This document shows positions 23,182-33,720 of a stretch of 64,000 nucleotides of DNA, piece after piece (within the stretch, counting starts at the first letter, position 1; every line of letters begins with the position of its first letter). The translations under genes and the position numbers were made by a program. Below the pieces are notes generated by a model. It was not told where the DNA came from, searched no databases, and was given only the letters and a program-made list of their open reading frames with translations. The stretch covers positions 64,001-128,000 of the forward strand of contig CAZVZU010000002.1 in NCBI GenBank assembly GCA_964631685.1. Direction: 5' to 3'. The DNA comes from an uncultured Actinomycetes bacterium (lineage in GTDB: Bacteria; SZUA-79; Acidulodesulfobacterales; Acidulodesulfobacteraceae).

Positions 23182-26100
23182 TTTCTCCCTCCTTTAACAA
23201 CTCTACATTCAGGCATAGACTCTGCAATTCTTTAATGAGAACATTAAATGATTCCGGAAGTCCAACTTTGAAAGATGTATCACCCTTGACAATTGCTTCA
23301 TACATTCTTGTCCTGCCAATAGAATCATCCGATTTAACCGTCAGAAATTCTTGAAGGGTATGCGCTGCTCCATATGCCTCCATTGCCCATACCTCCATTT
23401 CTCCTAATCTTTGTCCTCCAAATTGCGCCTTACCACCCAACGGTTGTTGAGTGACTAACGAATAAGGACCGGTTGACCTTGCATGTATTTTATCATCGAC
23501 CAAATGATGAAGTTTAAGCACATACATTATACCTACCGTAACCTTCCTATCAAACGCCTCACCCGATCTCCCATCATAAAGCGTGACCTGACCTGTTTCT
23601 TCGACCCCTGCGAGCCTTAGGTGGTCCCTAATTTCACTCTCTTTTGCCCCATCAAAAATAGGAGTTGCCATGTGAACGCCGTTTTTGTACTTTTTTGCCA
23701 ACTCTATAACTTCGTCGTCATCTAGCTCTTTGATAAACTGACTCATCGTAGAATCGGTGAATATCGTCAGCAATTTCTCTCTGACCGCTTCAGAGCTAAA
23801 GTTCTTCTCTATCATTTTATTTACTTGGACTCCCAAATTATGAGCCGCCCATCCTAGATGGACTTCTAAAATTTGGCCAACATTCATCCTAGAAGGAACC
23901 CCAAGAGGATTTAGCACCATATCGACTGTCCTTCCGTCCTTCATAAATGGCATATCGTTGATAGGAAGTATTCTGGAAACCACACCTTTATTTCCATGTC
24001 TTCCAGCCATCTTGTCTCCTACAGATAACCGTCTCTTAATGGCTATATAAACCTTTATAGTCTTAAGAACACCCGGGGGAAGCTCATCTCCTCTTTGTAT
24101 CCTTGCTATCCTGTCTTCGTAATATTTATTCAAAACACCAATATTTTCCGATGACTCATAATCTATTTTCCTTAACTTGTCGTATATATTTTTAGCATTA
24201 CCCTCTAACTCAAGATTAAAAATATCATCGCGGGTAAGCCTAGAAACTATGACTTCCGATAATACATCTCCTTTTTTAAGATACATAGGCTTGCGTCCGG
24301 AAGAAAGGGTGGTATCTGCACCACACTTTTTATTCTGCAATACACTACGCATTCTCCCAAGAGCATTATTAGAAATTGATAATCGCTTGTCTTCAAGCTC
24401 TGCATTAAGACTTAACACTTCACCTTCTTCTATTTCTTTAGCCCTAAAATCCTTATCGATGCCCTTTCTTGAAAATATCCTGACATCAACGACAACACCA
24501 GCAACGCCTGGCGGAACCCTCAAAGACGTGTCTCTGACCTCCCTGGCCTTTTCACCGAATATTGCCCTTAAAAGCTTATCTTCTGGCGTAAGAACTGTCT
24601 CTCCCTTAGGCGTTACCTTTCCGACCAATATATCCTGCGCCTTAACGCTAGCACCTATCCTGATAATTCCATTCTCGTCTAAATTATTCAGTGCCTCTTC
24701 GCTTATGTTAGGGATATCAGAAGTGATTTCTTCCTTGTCGGACTTCATTTCTCTACACGCCACCTCAAATTCTTCGATGTGAATAGATGTAAATGTATCC
24801 TCGTGTAATAATTTTTCACTTATCAATATTGAATCTTCAAAATTGTAACCGTTCCACGGCATAAACGCGACTAAAACATTATGTCCGAGTGCTAACTCTC
24901 CATCCTTTGTAGATGCACCATCCGCAATAATTTGTCCGACAACAACCTTGTCTCCGATCTTAACCAATGGTCTCTGGTTTAAACATGTATTCTGATTTGA
25001 CCTTTGGAATTTTACAAGACTATAAATAGAAACAGCATTTCTGCTACTATCATCTTTATTTGATTCGTCGTCATTATCCACATAAATTTTATTAGCATCT
25101 ACATAACTAACCATACCATTGTACTCTGATACAACACATACGCCGGAATCTTGAGCTACGACTTTTTCGACACCCGTTCCTATAATAGGTGCATCAGGCA
25201 TCAACAACGGTACTCCCTGCCTTTGCATATTGGAACCCATCAAGGCACGGTTGGCATCATCATGTTCCAAAAACGGAATTAATGACGTTGCAACCGAAAC
25301 AAGCTGCATTGGAGAAACATCTATATAATCAACCTCATTCGGATAAACCATGACAGTTTCTCCGCTTCTTCTCACAGGTATCAATTTATTTACGAGATAA
25401 CCATATTTATCTATCTCCGCATTAGCTTGAGCTATGATGTATTTTTCCTCTTCGGTAGCCGTGAGAAAATCAACATCATCGGTTACCATAGCGCCTTTTT
25501 CCATTATCTTAACCCTTCTGTAAGGAGACTCAATAAATCCGTACACATTGACCCTAGCATAAGAAGACAGTGATGCTATAAGCCCGATGTTCGGGCCTTC
25601 AGGTGTTTCAATAGGGCAAATCCTGCCGTAATGAGTTGGATGGACATCCCTAACTTCAAAACCTGCGCGCTCTCTAGTAAGACCGCCAGGTCCTAGTGCG
25701 GAAAGACGCCTCTTATGCGTGATTTCGGAAAGAGGGTTTGTCTGGTCCATAAATTGAGATAGCTGACTTCTACCGAAAAACTCCTTTACCAATGAAGTTA
25801 CAGGCTTAGGATTAACAAGGTCATTAGGCATCAATGAATCAAGTTTTTGCGTAGTCATTCTCTCCTTTATGGCCCTCTCCATTCTTACAAGCCCTATTCT
25901 AAATTGATTCTCCAGAAGTTCTCCGACTGCCTTCACTCTTCTGTTTCCAAGGTGATCTATATCATCAATTGTGCCCCTGCCATCCTTTAGCTCCATTAAA
26001 TACTTTAAAACATTTAAAATATCGTCCGGCATCAAAACTCTATTGTCAAGGCTTTCATTTAGATTCAACTTGTTATTTATTTTGAGCCTTCCGACCTCGG

Positions 26101-27343
26101 ACAAATCATACCTGTCTGAATTAAAAAACATATTTTCAAAATAGGATGTTGCCGACACGCTATTCGGCGGCTCCCCAGGTCTCATTCTCCTATAAATATC
26201 GATAACTGCATCATCCTTAGAATTAACCTTATCCGATAAGATAGTATCCATAATAGATGAAGAAACGTTAACATTATCAATAAAATATACACTAAATTCA
26301 TTTATACCCAGACTCGCAAAGGTTTCTAAAAGTTCAGATGTTATGGATTGAACCGATTTAGCGATAACATCTCCGTTCTCCTTGATGTCTTTAGCAAGAT
26401 ATTTTCCGATAACTTCGGATTCATCACAAGGTAAAAATTCTATACCTGCTTCTTCAAGCTTGCTTACCAAACGCTTGTTTATCCTTCTACTCTTCTTTAC
26501 TAAAATTTCGTTTGTTTTTGGGTTAATTATATCTTCATACGCCCGTGCCTGAGAAAGAAATTCTTTGGGCATTTTCCTGAAACATTTCCCGTCTATAAAC
26601 CTAATTATTTCATGCTGATAAAAGCTATTCAGAATATCATCTCGCGAATACCCTGCAGCCTTAAGTAAAATGGTCGCTGGAAACTTCCTTTTTCTGTCTA
26701 TTCTCGCAAAAACCATATCCCTCTGATCGAATTCAAAATCAAGCCACGATCCCCTGTAAGGTATAACCCTTGCCGTGTAAAATGGCCTTTCTTGTGTATG
26801 GCTTCTTATCTTGTCACTGTCGTAAAAAACCCCCGGAGACCTCTGCAACTGACTGACTATTACCCTCTCTATGCCGTTAATAACAAATGATCCATTTTTA
26901 GTCATCAGAGGCACTTCGCCAAAATATATCTCTTGTTCCTTAATATCCTTAATTTCTCTCTGCTCACTCTCGCTGTTTAAATCGGCATTAATATCAAATG
27001 TCGCCAGATCAAAAAGGACCTTCAGCGATGCGCTATAAGTCAAGCCCTTCTGTTTGCACTCAGTAACACTGTATTTAGGCTCACCAATAGTATAGCTCTT
27101 AAATTCCAAAGAAAAACTTTTACTTAATCCCTCTATAGGAAAAACTGATTTAAAAACCCCTTGCAAGCCATTATTTGTCCTTTGATCTTGGGGGACGTTT
27201 TTTTGTAAAAATCTTTCATAAGAGTTTCGTTGAACTTCAAGAAGATTGGACGTATTTATAATCCTTCTAATCTTAGAAAAATTCTTTCTTAAGATTATAG
27301 GAACGCCGCCTTCCGAATTAAATTGCAATTTTATTTTTGCCAT
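23171..27343 (-). CDS. rpoB: RNA polymerase beta subunit
   Basis: [29 protein letters not shown]. Confidence 0.99.
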   Translation of the reverse strand: MAKIKLQFNSEGGVPIILRKNFSKIRRIINTSNLLEVQRNSYERFLQKNVPQDQRTNNGLQGVFKSVFPIEGLSKSFSLEFKSYTIGEPKYSVTECKQKGLTYSASLKVLFDLATFDINADLNSESEQREIKDIKEQEIYFGEVPLMTKNGSFVINGIERVIVSQLQRSPGVFYDSDKIRSHTQERPFYTARVIPYRGSWLDFEFDQRDMVFARIDRKRKFPATILLKAAGYSRDDILNSFYQHEIIRFIDGKCFRKMPKEFLSQARAYEDIINPKTNEILVKKSRRINKRLVSKLEEAGIEFLPCDESEVIGKYLAKDIKENGDVIAKSVQSITSELLETFASLGINEFSVYFIDNVNVSSSIMDTILSDKVNSKDDAVIDIYRRMRPGEPPNSVSATSYFENMFFNSDRYDLSEVGRLKINNKLNLNESLDNRVLMPDDILNVLKYLMELKDGRGTIDDIDHLGNRRVKAVGELLENQFRIGLVRMERAIKERMTTQKLDSLMPNDLVNPKPVTSLVKEFFGRSQLSQFMDQTNPLSEITHKRRLSALGPGGLTRERAGFEVRDVHPTHYGRICPIETPEGPNIGLIASLSSYARVNVYGFIESPYRRVKIMEKGAMVTDDVDFLTATEEEKYIIAQANAEIDKYGYLVNKLIPVRRSGETVMVYPNEVDYIDVSPMQLVSVATSLIPFLEHDDANRALMGSNMQRQGVPLLMPDAPIIGTGVEKVVAQDSGVCVVSEYNGMVSYVDANKIYVDNDDESNKDDSSRNAVSIYSLVKFQRSNQNTCLNQRPLVKIGDKVVVGQIIADGASTKDGELALGHNVLVAFMPWNGYNFEDSILISEKLLHEDTFTSIHIEEFEVACREMKSDKEEITSDIPNISEEALNNLDENGIIRIGASVKAQDILVGKVTPKGETVLTPEDKLLRAIFGEKAREVRDTSLRVPPGVAGVVVDVRIFSRKGIDKDFRAKEIEEGEVLSLNAELEDKRLSISNNALGRMRSVLQNKKCGADTTLSSGRKPMYLKKGDVLSEVIVSRLTRDDIFNLELEGNAKNIYDKLRKIDYESSENIGVLNKYYEDRIARIQRGDELPPGVLKTIKVYIAIKRRLSVGDKMAGRHGNKGVVSRILPINDMPFMKDGRTVDMVLNPLGVPSRMNVGQILEVHLGWAAHNLGVQVNKMIEKNFSSEAVREKLLTIFTDSTMSQFIKELDDDEVIELAKKYKNGVHMATPIFDGAKESEIRDHLRLAGVEETGQVTLYDGRSGEAFDRKVTVGIMYVLKLHHLVDDKIHARSTGPYSLVTQQPLGGKAQFGGQRLGEMEVWAMEAYGAAHTLQEFLTVKSDDSIGRTRMYEAIVKGDTSFKVGLPESFNVLIKELQSLCLNVELLKEGENVD

Positions 27344-27397
27344 TTATGATTTAAACTCCCGTATTTCCTGCTTAAATATAATATATTATTTATTTGT

Positions 27398-27772
27398 TTA
27401 TTTAACCTCTACTTTTGCGCCGACTTCCTCTAGCTTTGCTTTCGTTTTATCGGCATCTTCCTTGCTAACAGCAGTTTTTACAGGTTTAGGTGCACCGTCA
27501 ACGAGATCCTTTGCCTCTTTTAATCCTAGACTTGTCAGCTCTCTTACAGCTTTAATAACCTGAATTTTATTTGGGCCTGTATTTTCCAGGATAACGTCAA
27601 ATTCAGTCTTTTCCTCTGCTTTAGTGCCGGCTGCTTCTACTGCCGGAGCGGCCATTGCAAACTGCTCTGCCTTTACTCCAAATTTTTCTTCTACTGCTTT
27701 AATTAGATCGTTCAATTCAATTACAGAAACATTCTCAATATAATTTAATACATCATCCTTAGTTATAGCCAT
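27398..27772 (-). CDS. rplL: 50S ribosomal protein L7/L12
   Basis: [20 protein letters not shown]. Confidence 0.98.
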   Translation of the reverse strand: MAITKDDVLNYIENVSVIELNDLIKAVEEKFGVKAEQFAMAAPAVEAAGTKAEEKTEFDVILENTGPNKIQVIKAVRELTSLGLKEAKDLVDGAPKPVKTAVSKEDADKTKAKLEEVGAKVEVK

Positions 27773-27851
27773 TGTTACTCCTCCGATATTTAATAAAATA
27801 TAAGTTTAAAATTAAGTAAATACAATTATTAACATTTATAACAAACCAAAT

Positions 27852-28370
27852 CTACGAAATGGATTTTTCAGCTTCCACGGCCTTAAGAGTTCTTATAAAG
27901 CTTACAATAGGCGCTCTAAGTGCTAAGATAAGACGTATTTCCGGAAATTTCACGGTAAAAATAAATCTTGATATTAGAACTTCTTTAGAAGGCAATGTTG
28001 CAAGAACGGTAATTGCGGCAACATCTAATATCGCCTGATAGTATCCGGCCTTAATTTCGATATTGGTAGGATTCTCCTTCGCAAACTTTACTAGCGCCTT
28101 GGCGCTAGTCATTGGATCATTAGTAAAAACGAAGAAATTAGGCCCTTCAAGATGATCGGCAATAGCCTCGGCATATGTTTGCTTAAAGGCTATTCGGCTT
28201 AAAGTATTCTTGACAATTTTAAGAAGAGCGCCGTGCTTGCGCATTTCTTTTCTTAAAAGATTAAATTTTTCAACACTGAGCCCGTAATGCTTACTTATAA
28301 GCAAGCCTTGATTATCGCCAAGACTCTGTTTTAAAGACTCAATCTCCTGAGTTTTTTTTTCTTTTTTCAT
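27852..28370 (-). CDS. rplJ: 50S ribosomal protein L10
   Basis: VKNTL, LATLPSKEVL; between rplA and rplL. Confidence 0.96.
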   Translation of the reverse strand: MKKEKKTQEIESLKQSLGDNQGLLISKHYGLSVEKFNLLRKEMRKHGALLKIVKNTLSRIAFKQTYAEAIADHLEGPNFFVFTNDPMTSAKALVKFAKENPTNIEIKAGYYQAILDVAAITVLATLPSKEVLISRFIFTVKFPEIRLILALRAPIVSFIRTLKAVEAEKSIS

Positions 28371-28475
28371 TCTCTCTCCCCTCCTTTCTTTTAAATTTTC
28401 TCTTACAATTTACAATCTTTGCCAACACAAGAACATAAGAGCAACTTAAAAGAAAATATGGTCGGTAACGCTCTT

Positions 28476-28517
28476 TTTGCCTATGGCAGGATTTACAAAC
28501 CTACCGTCATTGACAAA
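28476..28517 (-). promoter_or_regulatory. L10 leader-like autoregulatory RNA
   Basis: Minus strand UUUGUC-AAUGAC-GGUAGG...CCUGCC-AUA-GGCAAA: two stems around a GA/AG internal loop upstream of rplJ, resembling the L10 leader. Confidence 0.65.
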
Positions 28518-28552
28518 CTTAAAATCATAGATTAACTAATCATGTCATGCTT

Positions 28553-29254
28553 TTAGTTTCTGAGCTTAGCGGTATCCAAACCAAAACAAGGTCCCATTGT
28601 AGACGACAGGGAGATTTTTTTGATATATGTTCCTTTACTAGAAACAGGCTTGAGCCTATTAACGGTTTCAATAAGTGCCATAAAATTATCCTTTAGCTTA
28701 GATGTGCCAAACGAAACCTTACCCAAGGATGCGTGCAGAATGCCATTTTTTTCTGCCTTAAACTCTATTTTGCCGGCCTTAAGCTCTTTCACGGCCTTTC
28801 CTACATCAAAAGTTACCGTCCCAACCTTTGGGTTTGGCATTAAGCCTCTTGGTCCTAATATTTTACCGAGTTTGCCGACATTTGCCATGATGTCCGGGGT
28901 AGCTACGACTTTATTAAAATCCATAAATCCTTGTTGCACTTTGGCTATCATATCTTCCTGTCCAACATAATCTGCTCCGGCAGTCAACGCCTCTCTCTCC
29001 TTTTCTCCTTTGGCAAAAACAAGAACCTTGATATTCTTTCCTGTTCCGTGTGGTAAAAGAACCGCACCCCTAACCTGTTGATCATTTTTCTTTGTATCTA
29101 TGCCGAGATTTATCGCAACATCAATCGACTCGTCAAATTTTGTATAATGTGAATCTACGATGGAATCAAACGCCTCATCCAACGTATAATTTTCATTTTT
29201 ATTAGTATCTAACTTCTTTAAAACCTCTAAATATTTTTTACCTCTCTGCGCCAT
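28553..29254 (-). CDS. rplA: 50S ribosomal protein L1
   Basis: LPHGTGK, LGPRGLMPNPKVGTV. Confidence 0.98.
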   Translation of the reverse strand: MAQRGKKYLEVLKKLDTNKNENYTLDEAFDSIVDSHYTKFDESIDVAINLGIDTKKNDQQVRGAVLLPHGTGKNIKVLVFAKGEKEREALTAGADYVGQEDMIAKVQQGFMDFNKVVATPDIMANVGKLGKILGPRGLMPNPKVGTVTFDVGKAVKELKAGKIEFKAEKNGILHASLGKVSFGTSKLKDNFMALIETVNRLKPVSSKGTYIKKISLSSTMGPCFGLDTAKLRN

Positions 29255-29270
29255 TATTGAATATCCTCCT

Positions 29271-29699
29271 TTAATCTATGACATCTATGCCCATACTCCT
29301 AGCCGTCCCTTCGATAATTTTAATTGCCTCGCTTATCTCGTTTGCGTTAAGATCTGGCATTTTAGTTTTTGCAATTTCTTCCACTTTAATCCGATTTAAT
29401 GTCGCAACCTTATTTTTATTTGGCTCATTAGACCCTTTTTCTATGCCTGCCGCTTGTTTTAGCAAAACGGAAGCAGGAGGCGTCTTTAAAACGAAATCGA
29501 ATGATCTGTCGGCATATATAGTAAGAACAACCGGTATAACGGTACCTGCCTGCGATTTTGTTCGATCGTTGAATTGTTTGCAAAACTCCATTATATTAAC
29601 CCCATGTTGACCCAGTGCAGGTCCGATAGGGGGGGAGGGGCTAGCCTTTCCGCCTATGATTTGTAATTTAACCAAAGCTTGAACTTTCTTCACAGCCAT
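29271..29699 (-). CDS. rplK: 50S ribosomal protein L11
   Basis: [24 protein letters not shown]. Confidence 0.98.
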   Translation of the reverse strand: MAVKKVQALVKLQIIGGKASPSPPIGPALGQHGVNIMEFCKQFNDRTKSQAGTVIPVVLTIYADRSFDFVLKTPPASVLLKQAAGIEKGSNEPNKNKVATLNRIKVEEIAKTKMPDLNANEISEAIKIIEGTARSMGIDVID

Positions 29700-29787
29700 A
29701 ACATTTTTCCTCTGTTATTTAACCTTAATGTTCACGTAACGATTAACTATAATTTCACAATACTAAACAAAATATAGACTCATAGTG

Positions 29788-30396
29788 TTAATTCCTTTCA
29801 ACCTGCGTAAAATCCAACTCTACAGGTGTAGCCCTGCCGAAAATAGAAACAAGGACTTCAAGTTTGCTCTTGTCCGGCTTTATATCATCTATTATCCCGT
29901 TAAAACTTGAAAATGGTCCTTCCGTTATTTTAACGCTATCACCCTTAGAGAACTCAATTCTTGCCTTTGGTCTTTTGATCCCTTCGGTAATCTGAGCGAC
30001 AATTTTTTCCATATCGGACTCATCAACAGCAACGGGATGTAATTGATCGCCAACAAACCCCGTGACCTTAGGTGTCCCCTTTAGCAAATGCCATGAGTCG
30101 GTATTTACATTCATTTTAACAAAGATATAACCGGGGAAGAACTTTCTCTTAACCTTTCTTTTTCCCCCTTTCATATTTTTTTCGATAACATCTTCCTTAG
30201 GCACGATGATATCTCCAAAATACATCTTAAATCCACTTGATGTAATCCTTTCCTCGAGAGCAAGCTTTACGCGGTCTTCAAAACCTGAGTATGTATGAAC
30301 CGCATACCATTTTTTGGGAAAACTTTCATCGTTTTCGGTACTTACATCAATATCACATGTATCAGTATCTTCAATTACGCTTTCGTCATCTATCAT
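29788..30396 (-). CDS. nusG: Transcription factor NusG
   Basis: WYAVHTYSGFE, FFPGY, IFGRATPVEL. Confidence 0.98.
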   Translation of the reverse strand: MIDDESVIEDTDTCDIDVSTENDESFPKKWYAVHTYSGFEDRVKLALEERITSSGFKMYFGDIIVPKEDVIEKNMKGGKRKVKRKFFPGYIFVKMNVNTDSWHLLKGTPKVTGFVGDQLHPVAVDESDMEKIVAQITEGIKRPKARIEFSKGDSVKITEGPFSSFNGIIDDIKPDKSKLEVLVSIFGRATPVELDFTQVERN

Positions 30397-30448
30397 TTTT
30401 GTGTTTTAAAACCTTTTTACCATTTTATAAAATTTAATATATTATAAC

Positions 30449-30694
30449 TTACAGATGAAAAAGATAAGAAAAAACTTTAGCAAAAAGCATATCGACAACG
30501 CCAAGAAAGGCAGTAACGATAACTATGAAAATAACAACAATATAAGTAGTTTTCGTAGCCTTATCTTTACTCGGCCACACGATTTTATTTAGCTCCGACC
30601 TCACTTCATACAAATACTGCTTAGCTTGTTTTATGAAGGATGCTCCTAAACCAATTACCGTTTTTGCCTGTCCCGAAATAGTGTTTTTTCTCAT
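30449..30694 (-). CDS. secE: Preprotein translocase subunit SecE
   Basis: ELNKIVWPS plus one hydrophobic segment; upstream of nusG. Confidence 0.95.
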   Translation of the reverse strand: MRKNTISGQAKTVIGLGASFIKQAKQYLYEVRSELNKIVWPSKDKATKTTYIVVIFIVIVTAFLGVVDMLFAKVFSYLFHL

Positions 30695-30708
30695 TTTATT
30701 ATTAATAA

Positions 30709-30785
30709 TGGCAGGCCAGGAGGGATTCGAACCCCCAACTCTCGGATTTGGAGTCCGACGCTCTAGCCGTTGGAGCTACTGGCCT
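30709..30785 (-). tRNA. tRNA-Trp (CCA)
   Basis: Cloverleaf; anticodon loop CTCCAAA; GGTTCGAATCC T-arm; encoded CCA. Confidence 0.96.
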
Positions 30786-30801
30786 ATTCAAAAAATTATT
30801 A

Positions 30802-30951
30802 TTATTTTGTTTCCTTATGCATAGTGTGAGTTTTACAAAACTTGCAATACTTCTTTAATGTTAATTTCTCCGTAACAAGTTTTTTATTTTTAGTAGTTGT
30901 ATAATTTCTCTGTTTGCACTCGCCACATGCAAGTGTTATTATCTCTCTCAT
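30802..30951 (-). CDS. rpmG: 50S ribosomal protein L33 (Zn-binding form), 49 aa
   Basis: Below ORF-track cutoff. [49 protein letters not shown]. Confidence 0.97.
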   Translation of the reverse strand: MREIITLACGECKQRNYTTTKNKKLVTEKLTLKKYCKFCKTHTMHKETK

Positions 30952-32223
30952 TATTTTCTCTTACCCCTTTTTTCTATTTTACTTACTCTATAACCTCGGT
31001 TACGACTCCGGCGCCCACGGTGTGTCCGCCTTCTCTGATAGCAAATCTTAATTCCTTTTCTGCGGCTATCGGGGTAATAAGCTCAACCCTCATTGAGACA
31101 TTATCTCCCGGCATCACCATTTCAATACCTTCCGGCAGGGTGCAAACCCCGGTAACGTCAGTAGTTCTAAAATAGAACTGAGGACGATAACCGTTAAAGA
31201 ACGGGGTGTGGCGACCACCTTCCTCTTTGGTAAGAATATACGCTTCAATCTTAAATCTCTTATGAGGAGTTATTGAACCGGGTTTTGCTAATACCATGCC
31301 GCGTTCAACCTCTTCGCGTTTTTTACCCCTTAAAAGTATGCCGACGTTGTCGCCTGCCTGACCTTCGTCTAAGAGTTTTCTAAACATTTCTACGCCTGTC
31401 ACGACAGTCTTAGATGTCTCTCGCATTCCCACGAGTTCAACCTCATCTCCAACCTTTATTATTCCCCTTTCTACTCTGCCCGTTGCAACGGTTCCTCTTC
31501 CGGATATGGAAAACACATCTTCAACCGGCATAAGGAATGGTCTGTCAATATCCCTTTTAGGAACCGGAATATATTTATCTACTGCATCCATGAGATCGAC
31601 TATTTTCTGAGTCCATTCATTGTCAGATTCTGCCTCAAGGGCTTTAAGAGCCGAACCCTGTATTACAGGAACATCATCTCCTGGAAAATTATAAGACGTA
31701 AGCAGCTCCCTTACCTCGAGTTCTACAAGCTCAAGAAGCTCAGGATCATCTACCATATCAACCTTATTCAAAAATACCACTATGTAGGGAACGCCAACCT
31801 GGCGAGCCAAAAGTATATGCTCTCTGGTCTGAGGCATTGGTCCGTCGGCAGCCGAAACAACAAGTATTGCTCCATCCATTTGAGCTGCGCCGGTAATCAT
31901 ATTCTTAACATAATCGGCATGACCAGGGCAATCGACATGTGCATAGTGTCTTTTATCCGTAGTATACTCAACATGAGATGTCGCTATCGTAATGCCCCTT
32001 TCTTTTTCTTCTGGAGCGTTATCTATTTGATCGTAAGATTTAAACAAAGCGCCGCCCTTTCTTGCAAGAACCTTGGTTATTGCAGCAGTTAGCGTAGTCT
32101 TGCCATGGTCAACATGACCTATTGTGCCTATATTGACATGTGGTTTCGATCTGTCAAATTTCTCTTTGGACATCTAATCCTCCTACGTAATATTTATTTA
32201 CCTTGTGATTTAGCAATAATTTC
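30950..32223. repeat. Copy 2 of the 1274-bp direct repeat (tuf plus flanks, including the last 30 nt of fusA)
   Basis: Matches 14544-15817. Confidence 0.9.
30983..32173 (-). CDS. tuf: Elongation factor Tu (copy after tRNA cluster)
   Basis: Protein identical to 14577-15767. Confidence 0.99.
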   Translation of the reverse strand: MSKEKFDRSKPHVNIGTIGHVDHGKTTLTAAITKVLARKGGALFKSYDQIDNAPEEKERGITIATSHVEYTTDKRHYAHVDCPGHADYVKNMITGAAQMDGAILVVSAADGPMPQTREHILLARQVGVPYIVVFLNKVDMVDDPELLELVELEVRELLTSYNFPGDDVPVIQGSALKALEAESDNEWTQKIVDLMDAVDKYIPVPKRDIDRPFLMPVEDVFSISGRGTVATGRVERGIIKVGDEVELVGMRETSKTVVTGVEMFRKLLDEGQAGDNVGILLRGKKREEVERGMVLAKPGSITPHKRFKIEAYILTKEEGGRHTPFFNGYRPQFYFRTTDVTGVCTLPEGIEMVMPGDNVSMRVELITPIAAEKELRFAIREGGHTVGAGVVTEVIE

Positions 32224-32225
32224 TA

Positions 32226-32300
32226 TGGAGCCCATGATCGGGATTGAACCGATGGCCTCTTCCTTACCAAGGAAGTGCTCCACCACTGAGCTACATGGGC
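32226..32300 (-). tRNA. tRNA-Thr (GGT)
   Basis: Anticodon loop CTTGGTAA; GCCCATG acceptor; CCA end. Confidence 0.95.
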
Positions 32301-32312
32301 AACAACCAAATA

Positions 32313-32389
32313 TGGAGCGGGAAACGGGATTCGAACCCGCGACCCTCAGCTTGGAAGGCTGACGCTCTAGCCAACTGAGCTATTCCCGC
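32313..32389 (-). tRNA. tRNA-Gly (TCC)
   Basis: GCGGGAA acceptor; anticodon loop CTTCCAA; CCA end. Confidence 0.96.
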
Positions 32390-32464
32390 AATTACAACCT
32401 TATGTTTTGCTGACATTTATATTTATAATATATCTAATACTGTGCTTAATGTACACTGTAATAG

Positions 32465-32550
32465 TGGTGGAGAGGGGAGGATTCGAACCTCCGTAGACTC
32501 GCGCCGACAGATTTACAGTCTGTTCCCTTTAGCCACTCGGGCACCTCTCC
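32465..32550 (-). tRNA. tRNA-Tyr (GTA)
   Basis: Anticodon loop CTGTAAA; long variable arm; CCA end. Confidence 0.96.
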
Positions 32551-32569
32551 GTAACCTTCCTTAAATCTA

Positions 32570-32644
32570 TGGAGCTGGCGATGGGAATCGAACCCGCAAC
32601 CTGCTGATTACAAATCAGCTGCTCTGCCATTGAGCTACGCCAGC
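32570..32644 (-). tRNA. tRNA-Thr (TGT)
   Basis: Anticodon loop TTTGTAA; GCTGGCG acceptor; CCA end. Confidence 0.95.
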
Positions 32645-32677
32645 CTGCAAAATACCACCCCAAGTTTAGAAACTTTA

Positions 32678-32707
32678 ATTTTAACAAAATACTTAACTAT
32701 TTGTCAA
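32678..32707 (-). promoter_or_regulatory. Sigma70-type promoter for the tRNA-tuf operon
   Basis: TTGACA-18 nt-TAAAAT with an extended -10 TG. Confidence 0.75.
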
Positions 32708-32746
32708 TGTTTTTTTTACAAATATCTATCGTGAATTTCATATTTC

Positions 32747-32786
32747 TGATAATAGCTCAAACTATTATCATTTTTGAGCTATTATC
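32747..32786. repeat. Nested inverted repeats (14-bp and 9-bp arms)
   Basis: GATAATAGCTCAAA-11 nt-TTTGAGCTATTATC, and TGATAATAG-6 nt-CTATTATCA. Confidence 0.8.
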
Positions 32787-32953
32787 TCTTTTAACTTAGC
32801 CCTCTTTTATGGTGCAATTTCTGATATATTTAATCTCCAAAATAGGGGATACTCATGTAGACATAACGGAAAAAATGTTCTAAGAAAAGTAATTAAATAC
32901 GCCTGCAACATCGCAGCTACACGGCACATAAGTATTATTAACCGTCCTTTGAA

Positions 32954-33030
32954 TGGGGTGGATGACAGGGCTTGAACCTGCGACCGCCGGAGTCACAATC
33001 CGGAGCTCTACCAACTGAGCTACACCCACC
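32954..33030 (-). tRNA. tRNA-His (GTG)
   Basis: Anticodon loop TTGTGAC; encoded G-1 opposite C73; CCA end. Confidence 0.96.
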
Positions 33031-33120
33031 ATATATTTAAGGATAAAAATATCACAATCATACTGCTACGTTATTTTTATTCTAACAGAATTTGATATAA
33101 AATTAAACTTTTTAAACAAT

Positions 33121-33552
33121 CTAAAATATTGCGTCTATTCCAAGCACTTTGCCAGAATCGGTAAAGATTATGAGCAATTCACACATTATAAAGGTAAGAT
33201 TTAAAGCAAATTCCGATTGTCCTGTCCAGAACGTAGCAAGAAGATAGTTCAAATTTAAAAAAAGCCCTACCAATCCCGCAATTTGAGTAATAAACCCTGC
33301 CGTTAAAAAAACACCTACGAACAGCTCACCCATAACTACTAAAGCCGCAAACATAAATGCATTCGGAACAGCGATGTGATTTAAGAACGCACTGTAAAAC
33401 CACAACGGATCATGATTTGCAAAATACAAAAGTTTGCCGCGCATGTGTGAAAAAAAGATAGGATTTAATTTAAGGTGGACGGCATAAAGAAAGTAAATAC
33501 CTATGTATATCCGTAAAAACGCATTCCAGATACCTGCATGTCTCTTAGTCAT
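33121..33552 (-). CDS. DoxX/DoxD-like membrane protein
   Basis: FLRIYIG, GELFVGVFLTAG, LNLNYLLA; four hydrophobic segments. Confidence 0.75.
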   Translation of the reverse strand: MTKRHAGIWNAFLRIYIGIYFLYAVHLKLNPIFFSHMRGKLLYFANHDPLWFYSAFLNHIAVPNAFMFAALVVMGELFVGVFLTAGFITQIAGLVGLFLNLNYLLATFWTGQSEFALNLTFIMCELLIIFTDSGKVLGIDAIF

Positions 33553-33674
33553 AGAAATAATCCCAACCTTTGATTATATATTGATTTACCATTATATAAT
33601 CTATGATATTTTTAACAACGAAAATAATATCATGAAAAATAAATTAAGTCCATTGTCCCGTGAATTAATTTTTA

Positions 33675-33683
33675 TGTTATAAT
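33675..33683 (+). promoter_or_regulatory. Extended -10 promoter for tal-tkt
   Basis: TGtTATAAT about 38 nt upstream of tal, followed by an AAGGAGG SD. Confidence 0.55.
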
Positions 33684-33720
33684 TGATAGAGATAATCTTC
33701 TATTACTTTAAGGAGGCATA

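Noticed and set aside
18384..25800. Antibiotic-resistance substitutions in rpsL or the rpoB rifampicin region
   Set aside because: The rpsL lysines (PKKPNS, RVKDLP) and the key rpoB Q/D/H/S residues are wild-type-like; GRSQ is probably a natural variant.
32807..32929. 40-codon minus-strand ORF (MCRVAAMLQAYLITFLRTFF...) after tRNA-His
   Set aside because: No recognisable motif and only a weak, distant SD; compatible with chance.
32226..33030. tRNA genes as integration sites for an island or prophage
   Set aside because: No integrase, duplicated tRNA 3' end or foreign gene block was seen.
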